Assembly: GCA_047495785.1 (NCBI GenBank)
Contig: JBLDXI010000001.1
Span: forward strand, 124,001-188,000
Origin: Lepidodermella squamata
Taxonomy: Eukaryota; Animalia; Gastrotricha
Length of the DNA stretch: 64,000 nucleotides
Reading direction: 5' to 3'
Shown: positions 51,056-64,000 of the stretch, in pieces
Layout: each line of letters opens with the position of its first letter
Position numbering within the stretch: the stretch's first letter is position 1
Translations under genes and position numbers: made by a program
Notes under the pieces: model-generated
Database searches by the model: none
The model's input: the letters and a program-made list of their open reading frames with translations, nothing else
What the model was told of the DNA's origin: nothing

Positions 51056-52434
51056 ATGGTCTGCATTGTCCTGATCTCGGCAAAACTGGCGGCCAGTTTT
51101 GTAATAGCTGTCTCAGTTCTGGCTGGCTATTTTATCTTCCTTAGTGGATTCGACCCAACTAGCAGTGAAGAACTACAGAATCCTCACGAAGTCATGCCGA
51201 GAGAGGCCGTGCTTAACATTGAAAGTGAAAGAAAAGTTATTCTTCTATTGACGCCCTTGCATAGCAATCGAAACTGGTTCTTCCCGAAACTTGACCTTGC
51301 GCTCAACCAATGCCCAACTAGGCAATCGAGAAATTGCGTTCTGACCAAGGACAAACGAAAGCTGAGAACTGCTGATGCCGTCGTAGTACACCCTCGCGAC
51401 GGCTTGGATATTCGGGATGTATCACGGCCAAATCGACTGAGCAGCAAACAACAACTTGTGTTTTTCAGCTTCGAATCACCTGCCCATACTTATGCGGGAG
51501 AATTTCCAGCCGGTGTTATTCCCAACTCTGCCTACAGCGATTTAAGACTCTTCGATGGATTGTTCAATCTCACGATGACATACAGGTCAGTTGAAAAAGC
51601 GACTGAGAAGGTCTCAGCATTTTGTTTCATGCTTATAGAACTAATTCGGACATTCCGATTCCATACGGAAAATTCATTCGGAAAGGTTCTTCTATCAACG
51701 TTAGCGACGTTAGCGTTGGGAATAAGACTAAAGCGGTGGCTTGGATAGTTTCGAACTGTGAAACAGCTTCCCGACGCGAGCGCTACATCGAAGAGCTGAG
51801 CAAATATATCCAAGTCGATATATATGGCCGATGTGGAACCAAGTCTTGCTCTTGTCCTAGGCGCGATCTCTCGGGAGATTCTGGCCTAGAAATATGCTCA
51901 GAGTGCTATGAAGAAATTGAAAGAGATTACTACTTCTACGTAGCCTTCGAAAACTCGCACTGCAGCCAGTATGCAACAGAAAAGCTCTTCGTACCCTTAT
52001 CGAGGAATGGTCGCAATCGCGTGATACCATTGGTCTTTTCACTTCACCTCGAATCTATGATCGGGAATGGCAGTAGAAGATGGCCTGGTTATTCAGAGCT
52101 CGCACCACCCCATTCTTTCATCGACGCAGCCGATTTCAAGGAAGGTCCAAAACGACTAGCTAAATACCTCAAGTACTTGATGGAAAATCCAAGCGAATAT
52201 TTGAGCTATTTTCAATGGCGAAATGAATACGAAGTTATTGACACTTTCTCCGACCTCAAGTGGCAAGCAGGGTTCTGCGAGCTCTGCCGAAAGCTCAATG
52301 AAGAAGAAGATGCTTATTCGTCTTACGGCAGTATTCACGACTGGTGGTTCGGGAAAAACGTCGAAGCTAACGGGATGAACGCGTCGTGTCAAGTTCCATC
52401 GAATGATTTCACGCCCGTAAGTGTGATAGCTTGA
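51056..52434 (+). CDS. Alpha-1,3-fucosyltransferase (GT10), complete duplicate
   Basis: Matches 21332-22710. Confidence 0.92.
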
Positions 52435-53150
52435 GAAAAAGGTCTGAATAAACAAGAGGAGAGCTGTATCAAGATTTTTTATTCTAATATAATCATCGAA
52501 ACATCTCATCAATCGAAGACAGGTGGTATACACAATACATCAAATATATTTCAAAACAATAATCGGGACTTCTTTGTACAAGTTCAAGATGCGCTTGTCG
52601 TAAAATCCAAGCCTTTCTCTCATATACAATAATAAACAATAATTTTTCAACACAAAACATTTCAACATAAATTCGATGGATGTGTTTGAAAGCAATGGCG
52701 ATAATGCCGTTCTTTCATGCATATGTATAAGTGGAAGATTTGCGCTTATATGCATCATCGACAAGTGACAAGTAGTGAAAAATTGAAAATCCGCGCAGCG
52801 CGCAGAGTTGCAAAAAGTTTAACGACAATCTTTACAATTTTAGTCGATTTCTTCTCATTTTAGCTTTCTTCGATAAAAAAAACCACGACAAATAAAGGGA
52901 CAAGCTTCGTTTTTTTTGCAGTGAAAATTGAGCGACGGCAAGCTTCATGTTAGGCGACAGTATGCAATGATCGTACTTTCAGCAGTTGAGCTAGTTAGGA
53001 TTATTTACACACGTACTTTAGAAGAGAAAATGAAATATTTTGTTGTTAATAATATAACTCATTAGCAGGTCGATTGAGTGGCCTTATAATTTATAACGAT
53101 ATTTTTCCTAATGGCACCATATTTTGTTGTTTTGCTGAAGCCTATTACAA

Positions 53151-56100
53151 TTACACATCGTAGCCGAGCATTCTAGCGACTTTTATCACGTTCATAATTA
53201 CGAAGTAGAGCACGGCAGCGTAGAAGAGAAAGCAGACCAGCATCCAGATAAAGGTCCATACCGCTTCGGCGTAATCAAAGTCCCCTGTATCATGTCAACG
53301 GAATGTCAATGAATAAGTTCGAAATTCAAAATTATTGCTTACGTGGTAGACCCTTCATCTTCTTTCGCATCGATTTCGCCGTCCGTTTACCTCCGATGGT
53401 TTTCACTTCTAGATTTTCTCTCGCCTTCTTCTTCGCTGCTGCTTTCGATTGCTTTGTCGTCTGTGCCGTTCGTTTCGAAACTTCGACCGGTTCAACTTCG
53501 CGCCGTCGCCTTCTGTGGCGGAAAGTGAAGCCTGGTATAGACGGGCACGCACGCCTCGGGCACCCGTCTGTTGTTTCATCGGCGCACAGGTGGACGCTAC
53601 AGTTGAAGGAAAGCGACTTCGAATCGGCTGGCCAGAACGCGGAGTAAGAAAACATCGCCATAGCGTTTTCAGATTCATTCGAAGCGGAACCAACAGCAGA
53701 CAGCAGAATTTCGCCAGCAGCTACGTCACCGTCAGCATTCATCCAGCCAAGCAGGTAACGCCTGACAGTGGCAGTTGGGCACCTGGAAAAGCAATACACC
53801 TAGAATGATCATATAAAAACTGAGTCTACATACCCTTCAGAGATAAGCATGGCACTGCTTTGCCGGCTGTCATCGAAATCGACACGACACTCGTCAAGGT
53901 AAACATGTTTGAAATCTGTTTGAAAAACGAGCTTAAACAAAGGAAAAATCAGTGGATTGAGAAATTTACAAGTAGTATCGTGGTTGGCAACTTCGATTTC
54001 CAAGACATCTGACAACTTGATCTCTTCGGCAGTGACAGCCATGTTGGTCTTTTCGTCAAGTGAATTGCCGTAAGAGCGCTTGCGGATGGCGAAGCTCAAA
54101 TTATGCAGGGCGAGTAGGCTTTCATCGAAGGGCTTCTCTCCAGCCTGGAAGAGTCGCGTCGAGTTGGCGATGCCTACAACAACCTGGCGCGGCATTTGGT
54201 CAAGCGAACCGCTGACGGCTACGGTCGAGGCGAAGCTGACTTGCAGGCGGGCTTCGTTCTTAGTCAGTGTGCCTTTCTTCACGGCGAAATGCGACAATTT
54301 ACTAGTTTCAGCTTTCTTCTTCTTAACCGCCATCTGATTCGACTGTTCAGCGGAATTGGGGGTCGGCGGGCTGACGTCGCAGTAGACCAGGTAGACGGGG
54401 TCGAAGGCGGTGAGCATGTCGTAGGGTGAGTATTGGATCATGAACTGAACGTAGATGGTGTTGTTGTCCGTCAAATGAGCGCCGCAGTTGTCGATAAGGT
54501 GACTGAACGGCCGGTCGAGCACGTAGACGCCACTGCCGTCCTGAACCCGGCGGAAACTACAGCTAGGCAGCTCGCCTTCAGCGGACTTGAGCAACGCCGT
54601 TGTTAACGATGATTTCGACTCGTTTCTGTTCGATGATTTGTTAAACGTGCTGACGATGCGGACTGCTCCGGCGAAGTTCGAATGCTGGATGTTTTCGTTG
54701 GTGAATGGGATGACGACGATGCGCATGCCTTGCGAGCTGTCGCACTGAGCTGAGACGCGGGGGATGTCGCAGTCGGCGCCCATGTAGTCGTACGGGCAGA
54801 AGCACTGCTCGTTCGAGATGCCACCGTGGCCAACTGATATGTACCGTCTCCCGCAGACACCGCCGTTCGAACAGCCTCGACCCTTGTTGCACTTGGAGTT
54901 CTCAACAACCTCTGAAATTCGGAAAAATTTGCATAATTTATTGATAAATTGAGTTTCAAATCTTACCTGAAATTGAGCAATCGTAGCCGGTGAATTTGGT
55001 GCAGATGCACTTGCCGGTGAGTCTATCACACTTGGCTCGTGTATCGCCGCCAAATCGGCAAAAGTGTCCATCTCTTCGACAGTCGAAACCGCGCGAAAAC
55101 ATCGAAGAAGACGCGTTTTGCTCTCCGAAACCTAATCCTGCCGTAGTGTCGTTCTCGACCAAGTTGGATGAATTTCCAACTTGGACAACAGCTGGCAAGC
55201 GTTCAGCAGCAATAGGGTTAGGCTTGGATATTTCTAGGAAAAGGTATTTTATATTAATACAGAAAGCTAATTGGATTAACGAATTTACCAATTGCTACAG
55301 GAACTTCCATGATGTTAACGTCCGATTCAGTTGCGTCAACGCTAGGGGCAGCCTGAGGAGGTTCAAAGACGTCGTTATCACTTTCGTTGGTCGAATTGAG
55401 CGCGACTTCAGTTGAGTTCAACTCCAATTTAGGCTGATTGGTTATGAGGATCGTCTGATTCTCGATCTGTGGCTCATTCGGCGCAATTTCCCCACTTCCC
55501 ATCAAAGAAATGATCGGCAATGCTGTTGTTTCAACCGAAGCCGTAGTAGCTTGAATTCCTGAGGTTGATTCAGTTGAGGTCGAATTGGCATCACTCGCAT
55601 TCACCGTTGCCGGGAGGCCAGTTGTAGAAGCTTCAATGGTCGTAGTTGTCCCACTGCTGAATGACGTAGTTTCAGTAGGCGAGAACTCGGTCGCATCTAC
55701 AGGAATAAAATTTTCTGACTCGATCTCCTTTTTCACGCTTATGCTCATAGTCGTCAAGGTTTCCGGCGTGGGAGTGCTCAATTTTTTCCGATCAACTTTT
55801 TTCGCGATCTTGAACTGTTGGCCTGTTCTCTGGAGCATGTTCGAAACTTCGGGCTCGCCAGATCCAAATGATGAGTCGACAATAGTTGTATCGTCATTGC
55901 CTGAAATCAACGCTTCTGCCGTCGAATTTTCGACAGCTGCTGGCGTGGTTGTAGTCTCGAAATTCTCCTTGACCTGCGTTGAAAATTCGACTGGAAGCGA
56001 TGAAGAAACGTTGTACGCTGACATTGCCTCGACCAGTTCGGTTATTGATGTTTCGTTCAGCCCAAACAAGTCGAATGGAGGGAGAGTTTTGTTGTAAATT

Positions 56101-59100
56101 CCACCACCAACAGTTACGTAGATAATTTTCTTCGGCTGAATGGTGGTCGCAACTGTCTCGCCAACAGTAGTTTCGGTCGCAGGTGAAGCCGTTGTTGGTT
56201 TAACGATATGCATGATTGGACCATTGAGGCTCCAGTAGCTGGTTTCATTCTCGACGATGATAGCTCGGCATTGAATCGGGAATTCGGAGAAAACAGGAGC
56301 TTTCCACAAGAACGCGACGCTTGTTTTGAGTTGGCGAGCCGAAACCTCAACTCGAGACCCGCAACCGCCCGCTGCCGATAGAACGCGCTCGTCAACCAAT
56401 GTTTCAACTAAACGACCAGCCGGCGCCTCGGCTTGGAACCGGGCCTTGTTACCCGCGCTTTCACCCAGGATATGAGCGCAAAGAACCATGAAGCCACGGA
56501 AAGGTCGCGATTCTGTTGAATTTACGATGATTCGCAAATTCTGGCCGTCTTGAAACTCGCTAGATGAGACGTATAGACTGTAAGGCGCCGTTTCGTTCAA
56601 CGACCGGTCCCTAACATCGGCGCGAGGCAAACGAACAGTAAATGCGAAGCAGTCGTATTTAAACCGGCTGTATGGGCTTCGGTAATCGATATCACCGCCG
56701 AGCCCCCGGTCGTTCATTCCGGTTAGATGCGGTAAGATTCGGAACTTCATGTACGTAGTTGTCTGCTTGCTCAGCGGCGTAGTCGTGGTCGTTTGGGTAA
56801 CCTCAGGTTTAGACAATGTCGTCGTCTTAGCCAGCAAATAAGCTGGAATTTCGAAGTAAGGCCCGACTCGGCGAAGTGGGAACGAGTCGACTACGACAAG
56901 GTTCTCGCTTGGCAACGATGGAAAAGTGACACTAAGAATTTTCAATTTATTCAAGTGATTTCCTCAAAACTTCATTAACAAACCTGCAACGGAGTTGTTT
57001 GGCGGTATAAGGAATCCACTTGGGCAAAGTCCAGACGAAGAAAACTGCATAAAATTCGGATAAAAATAAATTTTACCTCGGGTGAAAGATTGCAAACCTT
57101 CGTAAACAGGCGGGACATCTCGATTACGGTAGACTCCATCGCGGCAAGGAATTGTGGCAGCCTCTATTGTTTCGTTCTTGGCCGGCAGTTGGTTCGGCAA
57201 AATAGTGGCCTCGCGTAGAGTTCCAACCGGTTCGCCGGTCGATTCTACGTAACACGCTAGAACGTAGTCGGCGATGGCAAAGCCAGAATCTGCGCTAACA
57301 ACGGCGACTAACGAAAAATGACGGTTTAAATTATTATCAATTAACGCTGAATAATCTTACTTGTCATGTTTTCGCCGAGTTTCACCCTCGTTTCGACGAA
57401 TTCCATCGTAGCCGCTTTGTCGCTGCAACCCAAGCAGTCGCGGAATCGCTGGGGTGATAGCAGCGTCGAGGCTATGTAACCGCATGCCATTGATGTTGGG
57501 AAACCGGGCAGCATTTCAGGCGATGGCGTTTTAGTCGTCCCACTTGGCGTTGCTGAAATCGACGTAGTTGTCTGCTCGGCGACAATCTCAATCAGCGAAC
57601 TTTCAGCCAGAGCGTAACTGCCATTCGTCAGCAGAACCACAGCCTTGCAAATGCCGGACGTGGATTCAAAAGCTGACGGCAGTTTCCAGACGAAATGAAC
57701 GTGCCGGGTTGATTCGATGAAGAGGCCATTCTGTTGTCGGAAATTTTCACCGCAACTCGATGACATGGTGATAATGCTGGCGCTGTTCTCGTCATCCGGC
57801 GTAGTCGTCTCTAGCAAGTTGCCAGTTGAAATTGTCGCATTGGAACCGAGGGCCATGCAACCGAACAGGTAAGCAGCGATGGATTCGTTGCCGAAAAACA
57901 GCGAACCGGCAATCTCGCCATTCGGCTGTTGAACCAGCGTTGTAGAAATGTTGAAGGCAATGTCTTCGAGACGAACGACGTCGTAGCCAGTTGCGTTTTC
58001 AAACAATCCCATCGCCGAACAATCAACATTGGTGGGTATGGCTTTTGTTGTTGTTGTCTGGTCGTATGTGGTCGCATTGGTAACTTCGGCCAACGTTGTA
58101 GTCGGCGCTTCAGTTACAGCTGTAGTTGCTTCTTCGACAAAAGCTGTCGTTACAAGTTCCCCGATCGTTGATGCCCACGTGTAGTGGGACTCGGCTGTAT
58201 CGGTCGTCATCGGTGGTACACTTCCTGTTACCTCAGGTATCACTGAAACTTCACTAGTGCTTCGTCGAATCAGCGGCAGCGAAGAGGAAATTATCCAGTA
58301 ATCAGTCGAATTCACAACCATAGTCGCCCTGAGTTAAATTACGTAAATTTCCAACAAAAAACTTGAGAACAAATCCTTACCAGCAACTGACTACGATGTC
58401 GTAGTCATGTTGCTCCTTCGGTAGAGTTAGGAATAGAATCTGTTCGACCTTCGGCTTGAGATCGGCCTGCTTCGCAGCTGCGCCGGTGAAGTTGCAGTTT
58501 TCAACAGGTTTCGACCGATAGCCAGTCAATTTCATAACTTCAAACGGCATGACTGCTTCCTCGCGGTGAACGTTGACAGGCGTTCTTTCAGATCGGTTCG
58601 GTGGCAACAGGTATCGAGTTCCGCATTTGACGAAAAATCCACGGAAATAATGCTCTGGTTCAAGCGTTAACAAAATCACTGAAAAATTGAATTTACCACC
58701 AATATTCTAGGAAATTGTAGAGGTGCACTTACCACTCAAATACTGATTGTCGCTTATGTTGGCTGGCACGAAGGTAATGGCGAAGGGGCCAACTTCTTCG
58801 TAGGTTTTTTCGACGCCATCGAACGAGTCAGTCTCGCCGATAATGTACTTAGGAGTCGAGTTTGTCCCCGATAGAACCATGGTAGCACAGTCGTATTCCA
58901 TATCCGTCTCGACAGGGGCTACTAACTTCGGCGCTTCTTCTACCACCTTATCGACCGCTTGCGAAGATGAGTCAGGCTCGTACTCAGCAATTATCAAGGT
59001 ATCGTTCGGGTCTAAAATAAAATTCAAAGTTAGGACTCTCAATTTAAGCAAATTCAGAGTAACCTACTTAATTCTGTTGAAGCAGTTGTGAGCGTGAAAT

Positions 59101-60755
59101 TTTCGATAAAAGCTCCGTTTTCGCCGTCCAAAACCATAATAGTGATCGTTTCATTCTTCTCATCAACATCCTCCGGCTCGGTTGAGTTCGCCATGATCGT
59201 CGTCACCCGGTGATCGTCGTGCTTTGGCACAGAAACAGCCGTCGTGAACGTAGTTGTCTCGACCGATTTCAAAACAACCGGCTCTGACGGCTGGACAATC
59301 GTAACGTTTCCATCGCCGAGCACGATCAAAGCCTGGCAATCTATTTGCTGATCAACGAGTTCGCCATCTTCCGCCGGCGGAGCGTAGACCATTTTCACGA
59401 CAAATTTCCGTCGACGATCGAACTCGCGGAAGCTTGAGTATTCGCATTCAGAACGTTGAGCCATCGTCGAGCCATCGTCGGCCAGGAACCAGCGTCCGAA
59501 CCCAGCTTGAGGCCGAGCTTTGTCCGCCTCGGCATCGAATGGCGAGCAAACAGCGAGGAAGCCCTGTATTCCTACCTGCTTGCTCGTGTCTTCGATGGTA
59601 ACTATAAAAATTATTCAAAATAAACTATGAAATATTATTTAAGGTGGAAAATAATTACGAGTTATTGTTTGCTGGTCAGCAGGCGCCGAGCGATTGAGTG
59701 CGGTCGCGTACATCTTCACGCCAGAACGTTCAGGAATCCAAGGCAGAATAGGTTTCCCCTGAACGGTGAATGAATCGCAGTCGTAATTGATGCTCACGCC
59801 GTGAACAGCACTGTGGCCGAACAAGTAGCTGATCATCTGACGATCTCGACTCACAGTAAAGACGCTGCAAAAATTAAATATAGAATTCGAGCTTCTTGAA
59901 TAGTTAGAAATCTTACTGAAGCTGGATTGTATAATCGCGTCCAATCGAAGGCCCTTGCCACTGTATTAGCCAAGTCGTATTCGAGTTGTCCCAATCAGCG
60001 ATTTTGCTGCTGTCGTAGTTCATGACAAAGCTGTACAATGGCACGATGTGGCTTGAAGATCCGCAAAATCGTTGATAAATCGCCTCGGTCGAAGCGTTGA
60101 TCTTCTCAACGGCGCCATCTACGGAGACAACGCTGACGCTGACTTTCGATTCGTGTAGAGCCAGGACATTGTTAGACAAATTGGCCACAACCGCGACATG
60201 AATATATTTGGCCATAATTGTTTTTGTTGTCAAGGTGACTGATTGTGGGGAAAAAAATGAGAATTTTATACATCAAAATTTGAAAATAAATTTACATTGC
60301 GAGTAACTATCTTCCTCGACCGGTCCGTTATGAGTAGGTTTGAGTTTAAAACTAGGATCATCATCTACGTCGTTGACATACACCGGCTTCGTTCCAAAGA
60401 GGCACTGAGTCAAACTCGCTCGTTGGTAAGTTGGCACGAGGTGGTTCGATGACGCCTCCGCCAACGAGGCCCATATGAGTAGAAATAGCCACAACATGGC
60501 GGCTAGGAGAGGCGTCGATGTCCTGTTCGGAGCAGCTTTTCGAGGGTAAGGCATATACGCTGTTTGAATCGGGTTTTCCCGATTGTCATGTTCATTTTCT
60601 ACGGCTACATGAAGCAGGCGGGAGCATTCGATTGATGGGTCGAGTAAGGCGCTTTTAGCGATTGGGGCATCGTTCGACATGGCGAATCGAGGGCTGCGGC
60701 GAGCCTTCTCTCGCTTCGACAAAAGCCGAGTGAAGTAGTCGGCTTGTTGGCTCAT
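53151..60755 (-). CDS. Multi-exon ZP-domain membrane protein 'ZP-B': signal peptide, ~6 Reeler-like domains, acidic Thr/Ser/Glu mucin stretches, 2 EGF-like, ZP module, furin site, TM (intact parental gene)
   Basis: Signal-like MLWLFLLIWASLAEA (ATG at 60497; an upstream in-frame ATG at 60755). Clearest Reeler: PYSLYVS..LRIIVNS..RPFRGFMVLC..VAFLWKAP..IQCRAIIVENETSYW; others show YFRGFFVKC, IQGFLAVC, HFVWKLP, FVWTLP, IQWQGP. EGF CDRLTGKCICTKFTGYDC and CFCPYDYMGADC. ZP from VSAQCDS to FNCSVHLC, then RHRRRRR, TM VWTFIWMLVCFLFYAAVLYFVIM, ending GYDV*. Confidence 0.85.
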
Positions 60756-63700
60756 CACTGCAGCATGTTCGTCTTCTTAAAAACGCCGAAAATGTATTGT
60801 CGATTGGGCACGACACAGATGATTGTTTATGAAGTTGTAAGTAAAGACCTATAACAGCTAAAGCTCACAAACATAAGGGCCTGTTGAAATTAGTTGAAAA
60901 GCGTTAAGGCGGATGCGTTGTTGCTTTTTAGATAATTTTAATTTCTGCCATGTCAAAAGTCAGCGGCGGACGCGCTGCGGTGAGATTAACACACGTCAAA
61001 AGAAGCGCGCACTTATTGTTATTGCGCGCACATGCGGGCAGGTACAACTAAGCGAGGCATCGTGGAGCCGGCAGCGGGCACGTGGCACGAAAATAACGCC
61101 AACGGAACTGCGGCTGTGGGTGATGATTTATACGAGCAAAGTTAGCCATTTAATTTACATTTATTAGCGCAACGCAGTGACACTAGGATTGCAACAAATC
61201 TCGGTTATTATTTACACGACGATGACGAGTGATGCACCTGAATTGTCAATAAATAAACCATGGGAAGGAGAGCTCAATGAGCTAAATGTCAAACAAGGAA
61301 ATATGCTCAAGGAAGAGAAACTTACAAGTTCAGAATATACTATCGCTTCTGCCATTGGGATTAGCTTTCGAGTCTGATTTGTCATCAGATCCCTCGTTTC
61401 AACTGAAATCATCTTTCATCACTAAATAAAACCTCCAACTCCCAAGCCCAAGATCTAATTCTCCTGAATTTAAATAATGTGCCCGAGTTGTGAAATCGAT
61501 TTAGGGCTCCTTCAAGACAGCACTGATCGGAATATAACGGTATATCTGATGTTATCTATGTAGCTATCGTTTGCTTGATTGAATTAAAAACGAGAAATGC
61601 CACGAAGAAATGGCATGGTCAACCGGAATGACGAAATTGCAGACTAAAATGCTGAACTTGGAAGAAAACAATAATCGAGATTACAAGAGCAAATGAAAAC
61701 AGATAATTATTGCTCTGGATTCAGTAAGTTAGGATTGAAGCTTAAAAGAAACGTAGCCATTTGCTTGGTTGAACCATAAAATTTGGTGGTCAAAATTAGC
61801 CTTTTTGATGTTTTGTTGACAGTGTAAAAATCTATAATTGTTTAGTCTATAAAAATACGAAGGTGTACAAAATTGTTTCTTTTTGTTTTCATATGAGCAT
61901 GAAATGGGCATTCACTTTCGTGATAAAACAAATGAATATCGAGCAATTATTATTATTACCATTAATATTTGTTGTCAATGATGATGCAGAGATGGCGAGC
62001 AAAGGCGCGGCCTGTTCAAAAATAATGGACGATTTGGTCCGGCGTGGGCAGAAAGACACAGAGGGAGAGGCAGAGAGAGAAGACGTACAAATGTGTTTTC
62101 AACAAAAAGACGCGCGTTTATTGAAAAAGCAGCACGAGCCGGCGATGCGCGCGGCAGCTCGATCAATTTTGTAAAACAAGCGGCCAAGTGCGCCGAGACA
62201 GCAGGTGACAAAGAAGCCTGGCGGTGAGACGCGTCGACGTCTAAAAAGAACACACCCCGCGATGTATTGTTGTCCGGCGGTTCGGTGTTGCGCCTTCATT
62301 GACAGCCGCTGTGGTTTTGTAATTGCTTTACTACTATACTGCTATCGAGATAGCCACAAGTGACACGCGTACGCACTAGCGATTTTACAGCAGCTATCAT
62401 AGTCATCGCCATAAATGCATCATTTATTGCGCGGTTGTGATGCGTCTCGTTGATCTTTGCAAAATCATGGGTGTCAGCCAGATTTGTGGCAACAAGCTCG
62501 AGTTGGCCGGCGCGCGCCAACAATATTCGGGCCATCGACGACGAAGACGACGCGCTAATCACTCGGCTGTTTGTTTAAATAAATATTAAGATGACGCGGG
62601 CTCGGTGTGTTGACGCGCAAGTGCGAGGTGACGGGGGTGAGTTCGGGAGAAGCGCGCGGGTATGGTGTTTAAATAATGCAGCCGTACAACGTTGATAGCA
62701 GCCCCCGATTGATCGGGTTGCACACGGCGATGATAGCCCGGCTGACCGGCACCTCGCCTCTCACACCACTGTGACAGGCTAATTTTTACAGTCCTAACCG
62801 GCTTTGTTGTTCCACAGCAGCGTCGCAGAAGACGCTTAGCTGCCAATTATCTACATTGGCACACCTGTGCGGCGAATACGTCACTTCCTACATCTAGCCT
62901 AGCTGGTCCGGAAAAGCGCGCGTAAATGGAACGACTGAAGCGCCTTCAATAATAGATTAGCAAAATACAAGCGAAATTCACTGTGCTTTCGTGAATTTTG
63001 TCTGAAAAACTAGAATCATGCATGATTGAGTTGAGCTGAGTCTTAGTTGTTAAAACTCATGATTTTCCTAAATCATATCGCTCTTTCGAGCTGATAAAAC
63101 TAGCTCACACTAGGGCGTACTTGTATAGGCAACATCTTCAAAGCTAGTGCCAACTTAAATCACGCAATCCGACCTGAACATAGCGTCGCACCGCTTCGCC
63201 CCTAATTGGGAAAACGCCTTCGAGATGAGGCGAATTTCAGCATTTCTCCGAGTCATTACGTGCGAATATGCCCAAGGACTAGTAGTAAATTTTTAGCAAC
63301 ATTGCTATCATGGGTATGGATCGCCTTGGGTCATCACCAAGACTCGAGGCTCTGGGAATAACTCTGGGAATAAATCTTCAAGACTTTCTTGGGAGCAATG
63401 AGGGCTAATCCCGGTGAACATTGACAGACGTTTCTCTCAGCGGTAACATAAGCCGTTAAAAAACCAAACAGTAATTCCGGCACTTGTGAAGCTCTTTAAT
63501 TAATTCATGCTTAATTGAAAACGTGAAAAGACAGGAATGAAAATAATGCTGCGGCTTATCACTTTTAGCAAGGCCGGTCAACGACCAATTATTTTCGGCC
63601 CGAAAAAACAAAAGAGCTACTACGCTGTATAACTAATTATTACGATCGTCTGTTTGATGATGGCAAAAGTGATGATAGCGGAACATTATTTCTTAAGGTA

Positions 63701-64000
63701 ATATAACGCGGCGTATAATTTTGTCGCGCGTAATTTGGCGACACGCTCGCTGGGTCTTTAGCGTTCTGTTATTGTTTTTGCAAATGTTGAAAATATTAAT
63801 CGCAATAAGCGCCACATTAAAAATGTTGTAACGGCCAAGACGGCGAAACATTTTTATTTGACTAAATATGCAACATTTTGTTAGCGATGATGATGATGAT
63901 GATGATCTGCTGTTGGCAACCGCCTGGCGCCATCTAAACGTTGGCGGCGCTTTATTGCGTTAACCTGAGTATAAAATTCAGAAGTCGCATTTTGCGGTCT

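Larger units (their letters stand above)
38028..54632 (+). repeat. Segmental direct duplication, copy 2 (16,605 bp)
   Basis: Matches 8304-24908. Confidence 0.97.

Noticed and set aside
60900-64000. Short ORFs, a 12-bp tandem (CTCTGGGAATAA x2) and a (GAT)n run upstream of ZP-B; TGATGA box-C-like words
   Set aside because: No domain similarity or box C/D structure; trivial simple repeats.

Overview
Compact-genome invertebrate animal DNA with GT-AG introns, mostly about 45-60 nt, and no obvious CpG depletion; the species cannot be identified from the sequence. The window is dominated by a structural rearrangement: a 16,605-bp segment occurs twice in direct orientation (8304-24908 and 38028-54632, constant offset 29,724, no differences noticed by eye) and brackets an unrelated 13,119-bp gene-dense segment (24909-38027). 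The inferred ancestral locus holds two large convergent paralogous genes encoding signal peptide, 5-6 Reeler-like domains, Thr-rich mucin stretches, 2 EGF, ZP module, furin site and TM, with an Mpv17/PMP22-family gene and an alpha-1,3-fucosyltransferase between them. The middle segment carries two cadherin-like paralogs, two CUB-trypsin proteases and a METTL24-like gene. Both junctions cut genes. The left junction creates an uninterrupted in-frame cadherin-ZP chimeric gene (predicted 789 aa, signal peptide to TM). The right junction joins two 5'-truncated genes back to back. Two MITE families are present. All exon models were derived by hand and no database searches were run.
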